NCBI GenBank assembly: GCA_964016885.1
Contig: CAXHJY010001097.1
Coordinates: 158,354 to 222,353, forward strand
DNA: 64,000 nt
Origin: Eledone cirrhosa
Lineage: Eukaryota
Direction: 5' to 3'
How positions within the stretch are numbered: position 1 is the first letter of the stretch; each line of letters opens with the position of its first letter. The notes under the pieces were generated by a model that was given only the letters and a program-made list of their open reading frames with translations, was not told the DNA's origin and did not search any database. The position numbers were made by a program, and so were the translations under genes. Below, piece by piece: positions 10,739 to 23,343 of the stretch.

Positions 10739-11902
10739 ATGTCTGAATATAGCTGTGAGATTTGTAGGAAAACTTTCCCTTCAAAACTGAAACTATCCTC
10801 ACACGAGAAAATACACAGAGGAGAAAAACCCTTCCATTGTGAAATATGTGGGAAGTCTTTTGTCTTGAACAGAAATTTAAAAAGGCATATAAGAACACAC
10901 ACTGGAGAAAAACCTTTTGCATGTGAAATATGTGGGAAATCCTTTTCTTGTAATTCTAATCTTGTAGTTCACAAAAGAATACACACAGGAGAAAAAGCTT
11001 ATTCATGTGAAATATGTGGGAAATCTTTTTCTCAGAAGGTCCATCTTGGAGATCACAAAAGAATACACACAGGAGAGAAACCCTTCCATTGTGAAATATG
11101 TGGGAAATCTTTTTCTCGTGGTCCTCATCTTGTAGATCACAAAAGAATACACACAGGAGAGAAACCTTATTCATGTGAAATATGTGGGAAATCTTTTTCT
11201 TGTAATTCTAATCTTGTAGTTCACATAAGAACACACACAGGAGAAAAACCTTATTCATGTAAAATATGTGGGAAATCCTTTTCTTGTAATTCTCATCTTG
11301 TCGATCACAAAAGAACACACACAGGAGAAAAATCTTATTCATGTAAAATATGTGGGAAATCCTTTAATTGTAATTCTAATCTTGTCGATCACAAAAGAAT
11401 ACACAAAGGAGAAAAACCTTATTCATGTCAAATATGTGGGAAATCCTTTTCTTGTAATTCTCATCTTGTCGATCACAAAATAATACACACAGGAGAAAAA
11501 CCCTTCCATTGTGAAATATGTGGGAAATCTTTTTCTCAAGGTTCTCATCTTGTAGATCACAAAAGAATACACACAGGAGAAAAAGCTTATTCATGTGAAA
11601 TATGTGGGAAATATTTCACTCAGATGGTGCAACTTGAATATCACAAAAGAATACACACTGGAGAAAAGCCCTTCCATTGTGAAATATGTGGGAAATATTT
11701 TTCTCTAGGTTCTAATCTACGGCAACACAAAAGAATACACACAGGAGAAAAACCTTATTTGTGTGAAATATGTGGGAAATCTTTCACTCAGAAGGTCCAT
11801 CTTGTAAAACACAAAAGAATACACACAGGAGAAAATGCTTATTCATGTGAAATATGTGGGAAATCTTTCTCAGAATTCTTCACTGGTTGTTCACCTACGT
11901 AG
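10739..11902 (+). CDS. Tandem C2H2 zinc-finger protein, 13 complete fingers plus a frameshifted 14th, no effector domain seen
   Basis: 387-aa ORF of CxxC-x12-HxxxH repeats with TGEKP linkers. Confidence 0.9.
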   Translation: MSEYSCEICRKTFPSKLKLSSHEKIHRGEKPFHCEICGKSFVLNRNLKRHIRTHTGEKPFACEICGKSFSCNSNLVVHKRIHTGEKAYSCEICGKSFSQKVHLGDHKRIHTGEKPFHCEICGKSFSRGPHLVDHKRIHTGEKPYSCEICGKSFSCNSNLVVHIRTHTGEKPYSCKICGKSFSCNSHLVDHKRTHTGEKSYSCKICGKSFNCNSNLVDHKRIHKGEKPYSCQICGKSFSCNSHLVDHKIIHTGEKPFHCEICGKSFSQGSHLVDHKRIHTGEKAYSCEICGKYFTQMVQLEYHKRIHTGEKPFHCEICGKYFSLGSNLRQHKRIHTGEKPYLCEICGKSFTQKVHLVKHKRIHTGENAYSCEICGKSFSEFFTGCSPT

Positions 11903-12015
11903 TCAACACTTGCAATAAACCCCATCACTGTGAAATGCGAAACACACAAATATACAGACACACTCTGGAAGGAAGAATATAAAATGTGAAGCTTGAAAAA
12001 TCCTTATCTTATACT

Positions 12016-12460
12016 TATCATCATCACCGTTTTACGTCATGTGACCTCATCTTGCTCGTTCGGGAACTGATTTTGGCTTGATTTCTACAACTTGATGTCC
12101 TTCTTAACACAAAACCTCATTTACTGTGTGTGCTAGGTGCTTTTTTTACCATGGTGCCTACACAGCCACTTTACTCTGGGGGCTGGGGGCTTTTTTGTTG
12201 AACACTTTGCAGTGGGTGGGGATGGGGACATATTTGTCTATATGCTTCAGCTTCGGCTTGTAGCCATGTGAAGTCAGGTCTTCTGTATTACTGCATGATG
12301 CCAGAGGGCACCGTCCTGCGTCATCGCCTTTGAGAGGTGCAATTAGGCAAGGTCAGCTTTTATCACCTCATCCCGCGTCTTCCTGGATCTCCCCACTCCA
12401 TGGCTTCCAGCGACATTTAGTGCTCTGCACCTTTTAATGCAGCTGTCATCCTTCATATGT
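12016..12460 (-). mobile_element. Decayed RTE 3' fragment
   Basis: Minus strand encodes MKDDSCIKRCRALNVAGSHGVGRSRKT, followed by an RTE-type 3' UTR. Confidence 0.75.
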
Positions 12461-12860
12461 ATCTATATATATATATACTCTATCAAATGGAAGAAGTATA
12501 CTGCCATATATTGAAGATTACTACAATATCTAGGGAGCGAAGGACAATATATGCCAGACATTCCTACCAATGAATTGATGAGCTGGCTCCTGTGGTGGAT
12601 ACCTAAACATAGTAAGACCCTAGTGAGATGACTGAAAATGACCTACATAGATCAGATGTCTAGGGATGTTCAGGTAGGGATTAATGATCTCAAGAATGCC
12701 ACGAAATAATAATATATATTAATGAACATTTATTATGGTGAAATATGTTGGAAATTATTCTCAGGTTTTGTATTGTAATCCACAAATACACTCTGTAGAA
12801 AGTTCTACTTCATATTTGTCATTAAGGTTTCTTATAGAGACACAATCTTATTTTATTGGT

Positions 12861-13180
12861 GATGGTGGTGGATTGGCAGAATCAGTAGAGTGTCAGACGA
12901 TATGCTTTCTGTCATATAGTTACATCCCTTTACGTTCTGTATTAAAAACCTGCTGAGGTTAGCTTTACTCTTCTTCCTCATGTTCAGTAAAATAAAGTAC
13001 CAGTAATGCACTGGGGTTGAGTTAAAAGTAGAAACATTTATTTAAAGTCTACAAAACAATGGATGGAATACTTTCTGCCATATTTGTTCTGGTTCTCTGC
13101 TCTGAGTTTAAATCCTGCTGAGGTCAACTTTGCCTTTCATCCATTCAAGGTTGATAACAAAAAAGTACCAGTCTACCACT
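12861..13180 (+). mobile_element. Two decayed family-1 SINEs in tandem
   Basis: GGTGGATTGGCAGAATC head; AACTTTGCCTTTCATCC and AAAGTACCAGT motifs. Confidence 0.65.
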
Positions 13181-14080
13181 GGTGTCTGTTCTTTCTCACT
13201 TCCTCTCTCTCATTCTCTCTCCTTCTCTGGAAGAAATCACCTGTCCCAACTTGGAGAGTGAAGGGCTCCACCAAGCTTCAGATGTCCACAGTGACACCCC
13301 TATGACTCCATCAGTGCAAGAAAAACAAAACAAGATTGATGTGTTTATATGTGTTATTTTACAAACACTAACTGGTTTATATTTATATTTATGACAAAAT
13401 ATCCACATTTATGTGTAAATAAAAACAATTTTATAACTTTAATATTTGTTGATGGTACTTTCATGACAGTTGAAATTATGACTTTTTTTTAGAAATAATT
13501 CACATTTGAAAATACTTTACAACTTTCTTCTCTTGCCAAACAAGGGTTTGGTAGGACCCTTCAGTTGTGTCAAAGACATAACAACCTCTTTAGTACTGGT
13601 GCCCCAGTAGAATGTGGGACAAAATGTAAGAGAGATGTGGTCTACCACTGCACCCTGGTTTGTAAAGACCTATCCCACCCTTGCTAGCAGGGAAAGTAGA
13701 CATTAAATGATGATCTATGATGTCATTGGTGCCAAGTTGTTTCAACTATTACCTTGGACAACATTATATATAATGTGTATGTAGTATATATATAGTTTAT
13801 ATATTGTCTATATGTAGCATATACTCTATATATGCAGTATTTATATATAGTGAATATATTGTGTATATGTAGCCCGTACATATTATTTATATGTTTATAT
13901 ATAGTGTATATATTGTGTATATGTAGCACATACTCTATATACATAGTATTTAAATGTAAATATATAGTGTATATATTGTGTATATGTTAGCACATACACT
14001 ATATACATAGTATTTATATGTATATATATAATGTATACATAGTATTTATATGTATACATATACATAGTATTTATATGTAT

Positions 14081-16489
14081 CAATTAAGGCCAAAAAGCAG
14101 GCTTGGAAAGTATGGCGGAAGCAGAGGAGACTATCAAATGGCCAGGAGGGAAGCTAGGAGACAAGTGTACTTCGCAAGAAGGGAAGCAGAGGAAAGAAAC
14201 TTCAAGCATGTCCTACAACGCGAGGACCAGAATCGTGAGGTGTTCAGGATTGCTAGGCAATGTGTCAAGGAAAACCGTGATATTGTCGGGGAGAAGTGTG
14301 TACTTAATGATGACGGCGTACTTGCCATCACCGACGCTGATAAGAAGGTAGCTTGGAAGTGTCACTATGAAAGGCTACTAAATGAGGAGTATAAATGGGA
14401 GAAAGACAGTCTCCCCCACATCGACCCAATAGAGGGACCAGCAGTGTTAGTCGAGGGTAGTATAATAAGTAAGGCAATCAAAGATATGAAGACGGACAAG
14501 GCGGCTGGGCCTTCGGAAATAGTTGCCGAGATGCTGAAGGCATCTGGTATGGTGGGACACACCATGGTCACCCGGATAGTTAACCAAGTCGTACAGAATG
14601 GGGTTGTTCCAAAGGACTGGCGTAGCAGCATACTCGTTAACTGTTATAAGGGTAAAGGAGATGCCCTAGATAGGAGTAACTATAGAGGCATTAAATTAAT
14701 CGACCAGGTCATGAAGGTCACGGAAAAAGTAATAGTGCAACTAATCAGAGAGAGAATTGATCGAGATGAAATGCAGTTCGGGTTTGTGTCAGGCAAAAGT
14801 ACCACAGACGCTCTTTTCATTGTACGACAACTACGGGAGAAGTACCTAGCTAAAAGTAAACCCCTATACTTAGCTTTTGTCGACTTGGAGAAAGCCTTCG
14901 ACAGAGTCCCTCGTTCCATTATCTGGTGCGCTCTTAGAAAACTATGTGTTGACGAATGGCTTGTGAGAGCTATACAAGCCATGTATAAAGAAACAGTCAG
15001 CAAGGTTAGAATTAACAACGAATATAGTGAAGAGTTTAGCGTAAAAGTTGGCGTCCATCAGGGCTCTGTTCTCAGCCCCCTACTATTTATTATTGCCCTT
15101 CAGGCTATAACAGAGGAGTTCAAGACCGGTTGCCCATGGGAACTCCTATACGCAGATGACCTAACACTCATAGCTGAATCAATGGCCGAGCTAGAGAAGA
15201 AATACCAAACATGGAAGCACGGCCTAGAATCAAAAGGCCTTAAAATTAACCTGGCTAAGACTAAAGTTATAGTTTGTAAGAAAGAAAATAAGGCGGCGGT
15301 CCCTTCCGGGAAGTGGCCATGCTCAGTGTGTAGGAAAGGCGTAGGTAGAAATTCCATTTTGTGTCCCAAATGCAAAGTATGGGTGCATAAAAGATGTAGT
15401 GGGATCACAGGTAAGCTAACTAAGAACATAGATTTTACATGTGGCCGGTGCTCTGGTGCAATAAGTAGCAGCAAGTGCCCACTAAATACTAGCTCTTTCA
15501 ACTGCGCAGAGGGTTCTATAGAAATAGTGGACAGCTTCTGTTACCTGGGTGACAAAATCAGCAGTGGGGGAGGGTGCTCTGAAAGTACAGCAGCTAGAGT
15601 CAGAACTGGATGAAAAAAGTTCAGAGAGCTTATACCACTATTAGCCGCTAAAGGGTTCTCCCTAAAAATGAAAGCCAGGTTGTATGATGCCTGCATACGA
15701 ACAGCAATATTGCATGGCAGTGAGACCTGGGCATTGTGTGCAGAGGATATACGCAGACTAGAGAGAAACGAAGCTTGCATGCTCCGCTGGATGTGTAATA
15801 GTAATATACGTGAACGGCAAAGCATAAACGAACTAAGGAAAAAATTAGAAATAAGGGGGATCAGATGTTGTTTACACGAGAGAAGGCTACGTTGGTATGG
15901 TCACGTGATGCGCATGAAAGACGATAGCTGTATAACAAAGTGCAGGGCAATAAAGATAGACGGTAGCCACGGAATAGGCAGACCCAGAAGACCTGGGACG
16001 AGCTGATAAATTCCGACCTCACACACTTACACCTCACCAAGACAATGTCACTGGACCGAGACCTTTGGCGGTACTCAGTAACAGAGAAGACCCGCCTTAC
16101 CTAAATACATAGTAAAACCTACTACAGCCAGTAGGCATCTCTAACAAAATACACCCCCGTCCCACCATCCCCACCTCATCCACACCGCCCCTTTCAATGT
16201 AAAGTTATGTTGGTGCCACAGCATCCAGACCGAAACAAATGAGATCGTGTAGGTGTCACGACAAAAAAACACACAGTCCACGCTGTAATGTGGCCGTGTA
16301 GGCAACACGGTAAAAACCTCCCAGCCCCACACTGTAAATGTGGTTGGTGTTAGGAAGGGCATCCAGCTGTAGAAAACCCGCCAGACACTCCTATGTGAGC
16401 AAGACAACCACTCTTGCCTCAAGTGGGAAAACTCCCGTCCAAACCCATGCAAGCGTGGAACATGGACGTTAAACGATGATGATGATGAT
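14081..16489 (+). mobile_element. RTE LINE, 5'-truncated
   Basis: RT ORF to 15613 (TGG>TGA stop), continuing in 15668-16006; 3' UTR and (GAT)n tail. Confidence 0.93.
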
Positions 16490-17020
16490 ATACGCACATA
16501 TATTAATATATTTGTGTGTGTGTGTGTGTATATATATATATAAACGCACACACACGTCTGTGTGTGTGTACATGTATATATATATATATACACACACACA
16601 CTCATGTACATTTATATATATATGTGTGTGTGTGTGCATGAGTCCTTCTTTCTGGTGTTTCCTATAGTGTTGTTAGCTGACTTTTGGCTGCTATTTCTAA
16701 AGTGTCTATTAATATATGCTGGAAACAGCAGTCAAATGCCAGTTAACAAGACCAAATAAGAAGGTTTACATAAACTGCAGACCCGCAAAATTTTTAACTC
16801 AATTTCCGGCTTTAAGTAAGACAAGAGTTATCTTTCTTGCCAAATATTCTCCGTTTGTTGACATAAAAAAATCTATTGTTTAAAAAGTTGAGACTGAATT
16901 TTACCTAACTTTTTCATCTTGTCCACTTCCGGTGTTAATTTTAGCGCTAGAAATAGCAGCCAAGGCAACATATATAGATATATATAATCCTAATAGTAAA
17001 GTGCTTTACTATATAAATAT
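16490..17020. repeat. ~530-bp segment with an inverted copy at 23385-23935
   Basis: Near-identical reverse complement; both give the spurious peptide HESFFLVFPIVLLADFWLLFLKC. Confidence 0.85.
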
Positions 17021-17047
17021 ATATATGTGAATGTGTATATGCATGAG

Positions 17048-17093
<46 letters not shown>

Positions 17094-17138
17094 TATATAT
17101 ATATATATGTTATATGTATATATGTGTATATATATATG

Positions 17139-17585
<447 letters not shown>

Positions 17586-17783
17586 ATTATATGTATATAT
17601 ATATATATATATATGCTATATGCTTTGGACTATATTTGTAATATGGTACAAAATGTTATACACCTCCTTAGTGATTTTTATTATATATTTTTACCCATAA
17701 TCTTGCAATACTTTAGTGTATGTACACTCCATATTCTTCGTATTTTTCGGCTTGTATTGGCCGATAGTGCTTCTTGTAGTTTT

Positions 17784-17829
17784 AATTGCCTTGATGAGTC
17801 CTTAATAGGACGAAACATTGTTGGCTAAT
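17784..17829 (+). ncRNA. Hammerhead ribozyme motif, C3U variant
   Basis: GCC-TTGATGA-GTCCT-TAAT-AGGAC-GAAA-CATTG-TT-GGC. Confidence 0.6.
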
Positions 17830-17984
17830 AAAGACTTTTGATGTATTGAAGGCTTCTTTGTTTTATTTTCATAATTCTTCGGCTCTGTTTAATTACATTG
17901 AGCTATACCTTTTACTGTCATTTCTATAATACGAAGAGGGTGTTTAAATCCAACACGCTCCAATATTTTAATCCTTATATATAT

Positions 17985-20900
17985 ATCATCATCATCATCA
18001 TCATCATCAACGTTTAACGTCCGTGTTCCACGCTTGCATGGGTTTGGACGGGGGTAGTCCCACTTGAGGCAAGAGTGATTGTCTTGCTCGCATAGGACTG
18101 TCTGGCAGGTTTTCTACAGTTGGATGCCCTTCCTAACACCAACCACATTTACAGTGTGGGTCTGGGAGGTTTTTACCGTGTTGCCTACACGGCCACATTA
18201 CAGCGTGGACTGTGTGTTTTTTTGTCGTGACACCTACACGATCTCATTTGTTTCGGCCTGGATGGCGCGGCACCAACATAACTTTACATAGAACGGGGTG
18301 GTGTGGATCGGGTGGGGGTGGGACGGGGTGTATTTTGTTAGAGATGCCTACTGGCTGGAGTAGGTTTTACTATATATTTAGGTAAGGCGGGTCTTCTCTG
18401 TTACTGAGTACCGCCAAAGGTCTCGGTCCAGTGACATTGTCTTGGAGAGGTGTAAGTGTGTGATGTCGGAGTTTATCAGCTCGTCCCAGGTTTTTCTAGG
18501 TCTGCCTATTCCGTGACTACCGTCTATCTTTATTGCCCTGCACTTTGTTATACAGCTATCGACTTTCATGCGCATCACGTGTCCATACCAACGTAGCCTT
18601 CTCTCGAGTAAACAACATCTGATCCCTCTTATCTCTAATTTTTTCCTTAGTTCGTTTATGCTTTGCCGTTCACGTATATTACTGTTACACATCCAGCGGA
18701 GCATGCAAGCTTCGTTCCTCTCTAGTCTGCGTATATCCTCTGCACACAATGCCCAGGTCTCACTGCCATGCAGCATTGCTGTTCGTATGCAGGCATCGTA
18801 CAACCTGCCTTTCATTTTTAGTGAGAACCCTTTAGCAGCTAATAGTGGTATAAGCTCTCTGAACTTTTTCCAACCAGTTCTGACTCTAGCTACAGTACTT
18901 TCAGAGCACCCTCCCCCACTGCTGATTTTATCGCCCAGGTAACGGAAGCTGTCCACTATTTCTATAGAACCCTCTGCGCAATTGAAAGAGCTAGTAGTTT
19001 GTGGGCACTTGCTGCTACTTATTGCACCAGAGCACCGGCCACATGTAAAATCTATGTTCTTAGTTAGCTTACCTGTGATCCCACTACATCTTTTATGCAC
19101 CCATACTTTGCATTTAGGACATAAAATGGAGTTTCTACCTACGCCTTTCCTACACACCGAGCACGACCATTTCCCAGGAGGGACCGCCGCCTTGTTTTCT
19201 TTCCTACAAACTAGTACTTTGGTCTTAGCCAGGTTAATTTTAAGTCCTTTTGACTCTAGGCCGTGCTTCCATGTTTGGAATTTCTTCTCTAGCTCGGCCA
19301 TTGATTCCGCTATGAGTGTCAGGTCGTCTGCGTATAGGAGTTCCCATGGGCAGCCTGTCTTGAACTCCTCTGTTATAGCCTGAAGGGCAATAATAAATAG
19401 TAGTGGACTGAGAACAGAGCCCTGATGGACGCCAACTTTTACGCTAAACTCTTCACTATATTCGTTGTTAATTCTAACCTTGCTGACTGTTTCTTTATAC
19501 ATGGCTTGTATAGCCCTCACAAGCCATTCGTCAACGCCTAGTTTTCTAAGAGCCCACCAGATAATGGAGCGGGGGACTCTGTCGAAGGCTTTCTCCAAGT
19601 CGACAAAAGCTAAGTAGAGGGGTTTACCTTTAGCTAGGTACTTCTCCTGTAGTTGTCGTACTATGAAAAGAGCGTCTGTGGTACTTTTGCCTGACACAAA
19701 CCCGAACTGCATTTCATCTAGGTCAATTCTCTCTCTGATTAGTTGCGCTATTACTTTTTCCGTGACCTTCATGACCTGGTCGATTAATTTAATGCCTCTA
19801 TAGTTACTCCTATCTAGGGCGTCTCCTTTACCCTTATAACAGTTAACGATGATGCTGCTATGCCAGTCCTTCGGAACAACCCCATTCTGTACGACTTGGT
19901 TAACTATGCGGGTGACCATGGTGTGTCCCACCGTGCCAGATGCCTTCAGCATCTCAGCAACTATTTCCGAAGGCCCAGCCGCCTTACCAGTCTTCATATC
20001 CTTGATTGCCTTACTTATTATACTCCCCTCGACTAACACTGCTGGTCCCTCTATTGGGTCGATATGGGGGAGACTGCCTTTCTCCCAATTATTCTCCTCA
20101 TTTAGTAGCCTTTCATAGTGACACTTCCAAGCTACCTTCTTATCAGCGTCGGTGATGGCAAGTGTGCCATCGTCGTTTAGTACACACTTCTCCCCGACAA
20201 TATCACGGTTTTCCTTGACGCATTGCCTAGCAATCCTGAACACCTCACGTTTTTGGTCATCGCGTTGTAGAACATGCTTGAACTTTCTTTCCTCAGCTTC
20301 CCTTCTTGCTAAGTACACTTGTCTCCTAGCTTCCCTCCTGGCCACTTGATAGTCCTCTCTACTTCCCCCATCCCGCCATACTTTCCAAGCCTGCTTTTTG
20401 GCCTTAATTGACCCCTCCACCTTACTGTTCCACCACCATGTTACTCTCCTCCTGCCTACAGGCCTGCTCCAGCCACAGACTTCGTCTGTCGCCAACAGCA
20501 GGTTTGCTTTCAGAAATTCCCACTCTCCCTCTATATTGTCAGACTCTAAATGTTCTTCCTTACTGTCGAAAGCATCAAGTAATATGCTTTGAAATTTATT
20601 CCTGGCTGTGGGGTCCTTTAGCTTCCATATTTTCCTCCTGAGGATAGTCCTCTTCTGTTGTCGAGTACGTCTCGTCCTGACTATGAGGTCGCTAATTATC
20701 AGTCTATGTTGGGAGGTGCATTCTTCATGGGGGAGGGATTTAGTGTTTACAACAGACACTCTGTCACGTCTTCTGGTAAGGATATAATCTACCTGGCTTG
20801 TGTGTTCCCCGGATCTATAGGTGATCAGGTGATTGTCACGTTTTTTGAAGTTAGTGTTACAGATAGTTAGGTTATTTGCATCACAGAATTCCAGGATTCT

Positions 20901-22484
20901 GGAGCCTTCCTCATTTCTAGTACCAAACCCATAGCCTCCATGGATTTCGTCGTAGCCGTCACAATGTTGTCCAACGTGACCATTTAGGTCGCCTGCGATA
21001 ATTATATAGTCACTGTCGGATATTTGGGAGGTAGTTAGCATCAGTGTCTCATAGAATCTGTCTTTTATAGTGTCGGGCAGTCCGGATTGGGGTGCGTACG
21101 CAGATATTACTGTCACCGTAGTTCTATTGAGGACAAGTCGTATTTTAATTATTCTGTCGTTCACTCTATTTACGTCTATTATCTTATCTGCCCACTTTTC
21201 TGCTACCATGATTCCTACTCCACCCAGCCCATCGTCGTTTCCCACCCAGAAAAGCTTATAACATCGTTTTTTACCCTCAATGAACCTAGCAGACCCACCC
21301 CTCCACCTGGTCTCTTGAATACAACAAACATCGACCTCCTTACGTTCAAGCATTTCTACAACCTCGTTAGCGCGACCCTTTAGGGTGCCTACATTTATGG
21401 TACCAACTCTGAGGTTTTGGATTGCGTTTGGGGGTTGGGGGCGGTGAGGGGCGGGGGGCGATGGGGTTATGTTAGCCGTCCGCGGTCGAAACAATGAGGA
21501 GTGCTCGCATTCTCGTCCAAGAGGTGAATTTGTCTTTATCTTTGGCATTGTCGCTGAGCGTCCAGATTTTTCTCTCTCACCTCCACTCTCCAGGATTCCG
21601 CAGTCCATCCAACCATCATATATCGTATATCGAAAGGCAACCAGGCAAGCGATAGTATAGGCCTCTGGTTTCTGATTGGTCCGCGTAATAATACTGGTGA
21701 TGCGTGGGGGCTCTGTTTTATGATTGGTCCACGTAATAGCAATGGTGGTGCGTGGGGGTGGGAGGGTGTGGTGTTGGGTAGCTAGCAAGAAGGTAATGAT
21801 TGAGTGGGGTCCATGCATTTAACAAGCGATTAACAAAAATACAAAATTTGTTCTGTTAAATACGTCCAAAAACCCTACGTATTTAGCAATTAATAGAAAC
21901 AGAAAATGTAGTTTGTTTTAGCGATAGATTGGCTATTTGGACTTGATACGAAATATGGATTGTTTTGAAAATACGAGAATTAAGATTTGTTGAGGGAGAG
22001 AGATGAAGTCTGTACATTACGTTTACATGAATACCGTGCCCAGCAAGCAATGAAATGAAATTTGGCGAAGTGAATTCCTATCATATATTTATAGAGAGAG
22101 AGAGAGAGTGAGAGAGAGCGAGGGGAGGGGGCCACATGATGGCTGTGAGTGTTGGGCGTTTGACCGCCCCGTGCCTTCGAAGAAGGAAGAAGGAAAGGAT
22201 TTTGTTTTTTGTTTTGAAGATACGCTAGAATTAGGGATTGAGGCTTGAAAATACGTTAGGAATTAAGGTTTGAAAATAGCTAGCAAGAAGGTAATGATTG
22301 AGTGGGGTCCATGCATTTAACAAGCGATTAACAAAAATACAAAATTTGTTCTGTTAAATACGTCCAAAAACCCTACGTATTTAGCAATTAATAGAAACAG
22401 AAAATGTAGTTTGTTTTAGCGATAGATTGGCTATTTGGACTTGATACGAAATATGGATTGTTTTGAAAATACGAGAATTAAGAT
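17985..22484 (-). mobile_element. Full-length RTE-clade LINE with intact ORF and duplicated 5' region
   Basis: (GAT)n tail at 17985, 3' UTR, uninterrupted EN-RT ORF, upstream 208-bp direct repeat. Confidence 0.93.
18378..21818 (-). CDS. RTE ORF: APE endonuclease, reverse transcriptase and internal PHD-type finger (likely start ATG 21548, MPKIK)
   Basis: 1146-codon open frame; IQETRW, GDLNGH, DLEKAFD, QGSVLSP, YADD, YLG motifs; the copy at 5161 also has MPK. Confidence 0.93.
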   Translation of the reverse strand: MHGPHSIITFLLATQHHTLPPPRTTIAITWTNHKTEPPRITSIITRTNQKPEAYTIACLVAFRYTIYDGWMDCGILESGGEREKSGRSATMPKIKTNSPLGRECEHSSLFRPRTANITPSPPAPHRPQPPNAIQNLRVGTINVGTLKGRANEVVEMLERKEVDVCCIQETRWRGGSARFIEGKKRCYKLFWVGNDDGLGGVGIMVAEKWADKIIDVNRVNDRIIKIRLVLNRTTVTVISAYAPQSGLPDTIKDRFYETLMLTTSQISDSDYIIIAGDLNGHVGQHCDGYDEIHGGYGFGTRNEEGSRILEFCDANNLTICNTNFKKRDNHLITYRSGEHTSQVDYILTRRRDRVSVVNTKSLPHEECTSQHRLIISDLIVRTRRTRQQKRTILRRKIWKLKDPTARNKFQSILLDAFDSKEEHLESDNIEGEWEFLKANLLLATDEVCGWSRPVGRRRVTWWWNSKVEGSIKAKKQAWKVWRDGGSREDYQVARREARRQVYLARREAEERKFKHVLQRDDQKREVFRIARQCVKENRDIVGEKCVLNDDGTLAITDADKKVAWKCHYERLLNEENNWEKGSLPHIDPIEGPAVLVEGSIISKAIKDMKTGKAAGPSEIVAEMLKASGTVGHTMVTRIVNQVVQNGVVPKDWHSSIIVNCYKGKGDALDRSNYRGIKLIDQVMKVTEKVIAQLIRERIDLDEMQFGFVSGKSTTDALFIVRQLQEKYLAKGKPLYLAFVDLEKAFDRVPRSIIWWALRKLGVDEWLVRAIQAMYKETVSKVRINNEYSEEFSVKVGVHQGSVLSPLLFIIALQAITEEFKTGCPWELLYADDLTLIAESMAELEKKFQTWKHGLESKGLKINLAKTKVLVCRKENKAAVPPGKWSCSVCRKGVGRNSILCPKCKVWVHKRCSGITGKLTKNIDFTCGRCSGAISSSKCPQTTSSFNCAEGSIEIVDSFRYLGDKISSGGGCSESTVARVRTGWKKFRELIPLLAAKGFSLKMKGRLYDACIRTAMLHGSETWALCAEDIRRLERNEACMLRWMCNSNIRERQSINELRKKLEIRGIRCCLLERRLRWYGHVMRMKVDSCITKCRAIKIDGSHGIGRPRKTWDELINSDITHLHLSKTMSLDRDLWRYSVTEKTRLT

Positions 22485-22498
22485 ATATATATATATTA

Positions 22499-22576
<78 letters not shown>

Positions 22577-22735
22577 AATTTAAATAAATTCAAGGTGAAA
22601 GACGAATTCACATCAATATCTTTCACTATTGCATTCTTTTTTCTATGTCCATACCTGCATTGTCTTGGCCTTATTACACATATTCAAAGGTTTATACCTC
22701 ATTACACAATGCTTCAAGTGAACTATAACCTCCTC

Positions 22736-22776
<41 letters not shown>

Positions 22777-22777
<1 letters not shown>

Positions 22778-23100
22778 CAATGGCTGTAAGACTGGTGTCT
22801 ACAGGATGGGTGGGGTTCAATGGTTTAAAGAAAAGGGAAATTCTTTAGAAGCTAATTTTTTAAGGCTGAAATAAGGGTGACAAAGGCAGAAAGGGTTCCA
22901 TCAACAGATTCAAATGTTGGGGTGAGCCCCCCCCCCTAATGATATATATTCTTAATATATATTCCAGGTGTCGAGAAACACATTCACACTCGCCCACTTA
23001 CACACGTACACACACACAACAAACATACTTAATGGTACACATACACACATACATATATACAAATATATACACATATATATATACACATACATACAAATAT
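22777..23100 (+). repeat. Direct duplicate of 1118-1375 plus the following CA/TA tract
   Basis: AACAATGGCTGTAAGACTGGTGTCTACAGG onward is near identical. Confidence 0.8.
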
Positions 23101-23307
23101 GTGTACACACACATATATATATATATACATATAACATATATAAATATGTATATATATACATATATACATATAACGTATATATATATATACATATATATAT
23201 ATGTAGGAGGTTGGTGTTAGGAAGGGCATTCAACTGTAGAAATCAAGTTCCCGTCCCACCCTTTCAAGCAGGGAAAAGTGGACGTAAAATGATGATGATG
23301 ATGATAC

Positions 23308-23343
<36 letters not shown>

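Noticed and set aside
14018-14100. Start of the 531-aa ORF as a host-LINE fusion gene
   Set aside because: The ATG is in low-complexity flank; chance read-in to a truncated RTE
18568-21383. Plus-strand ORFs over the RTE, and similar ORFs antisense to other LINEs and ZNFs
   Set aside because: Shadow frames of the real ORFs with no motifs; they recur only because the element recurs
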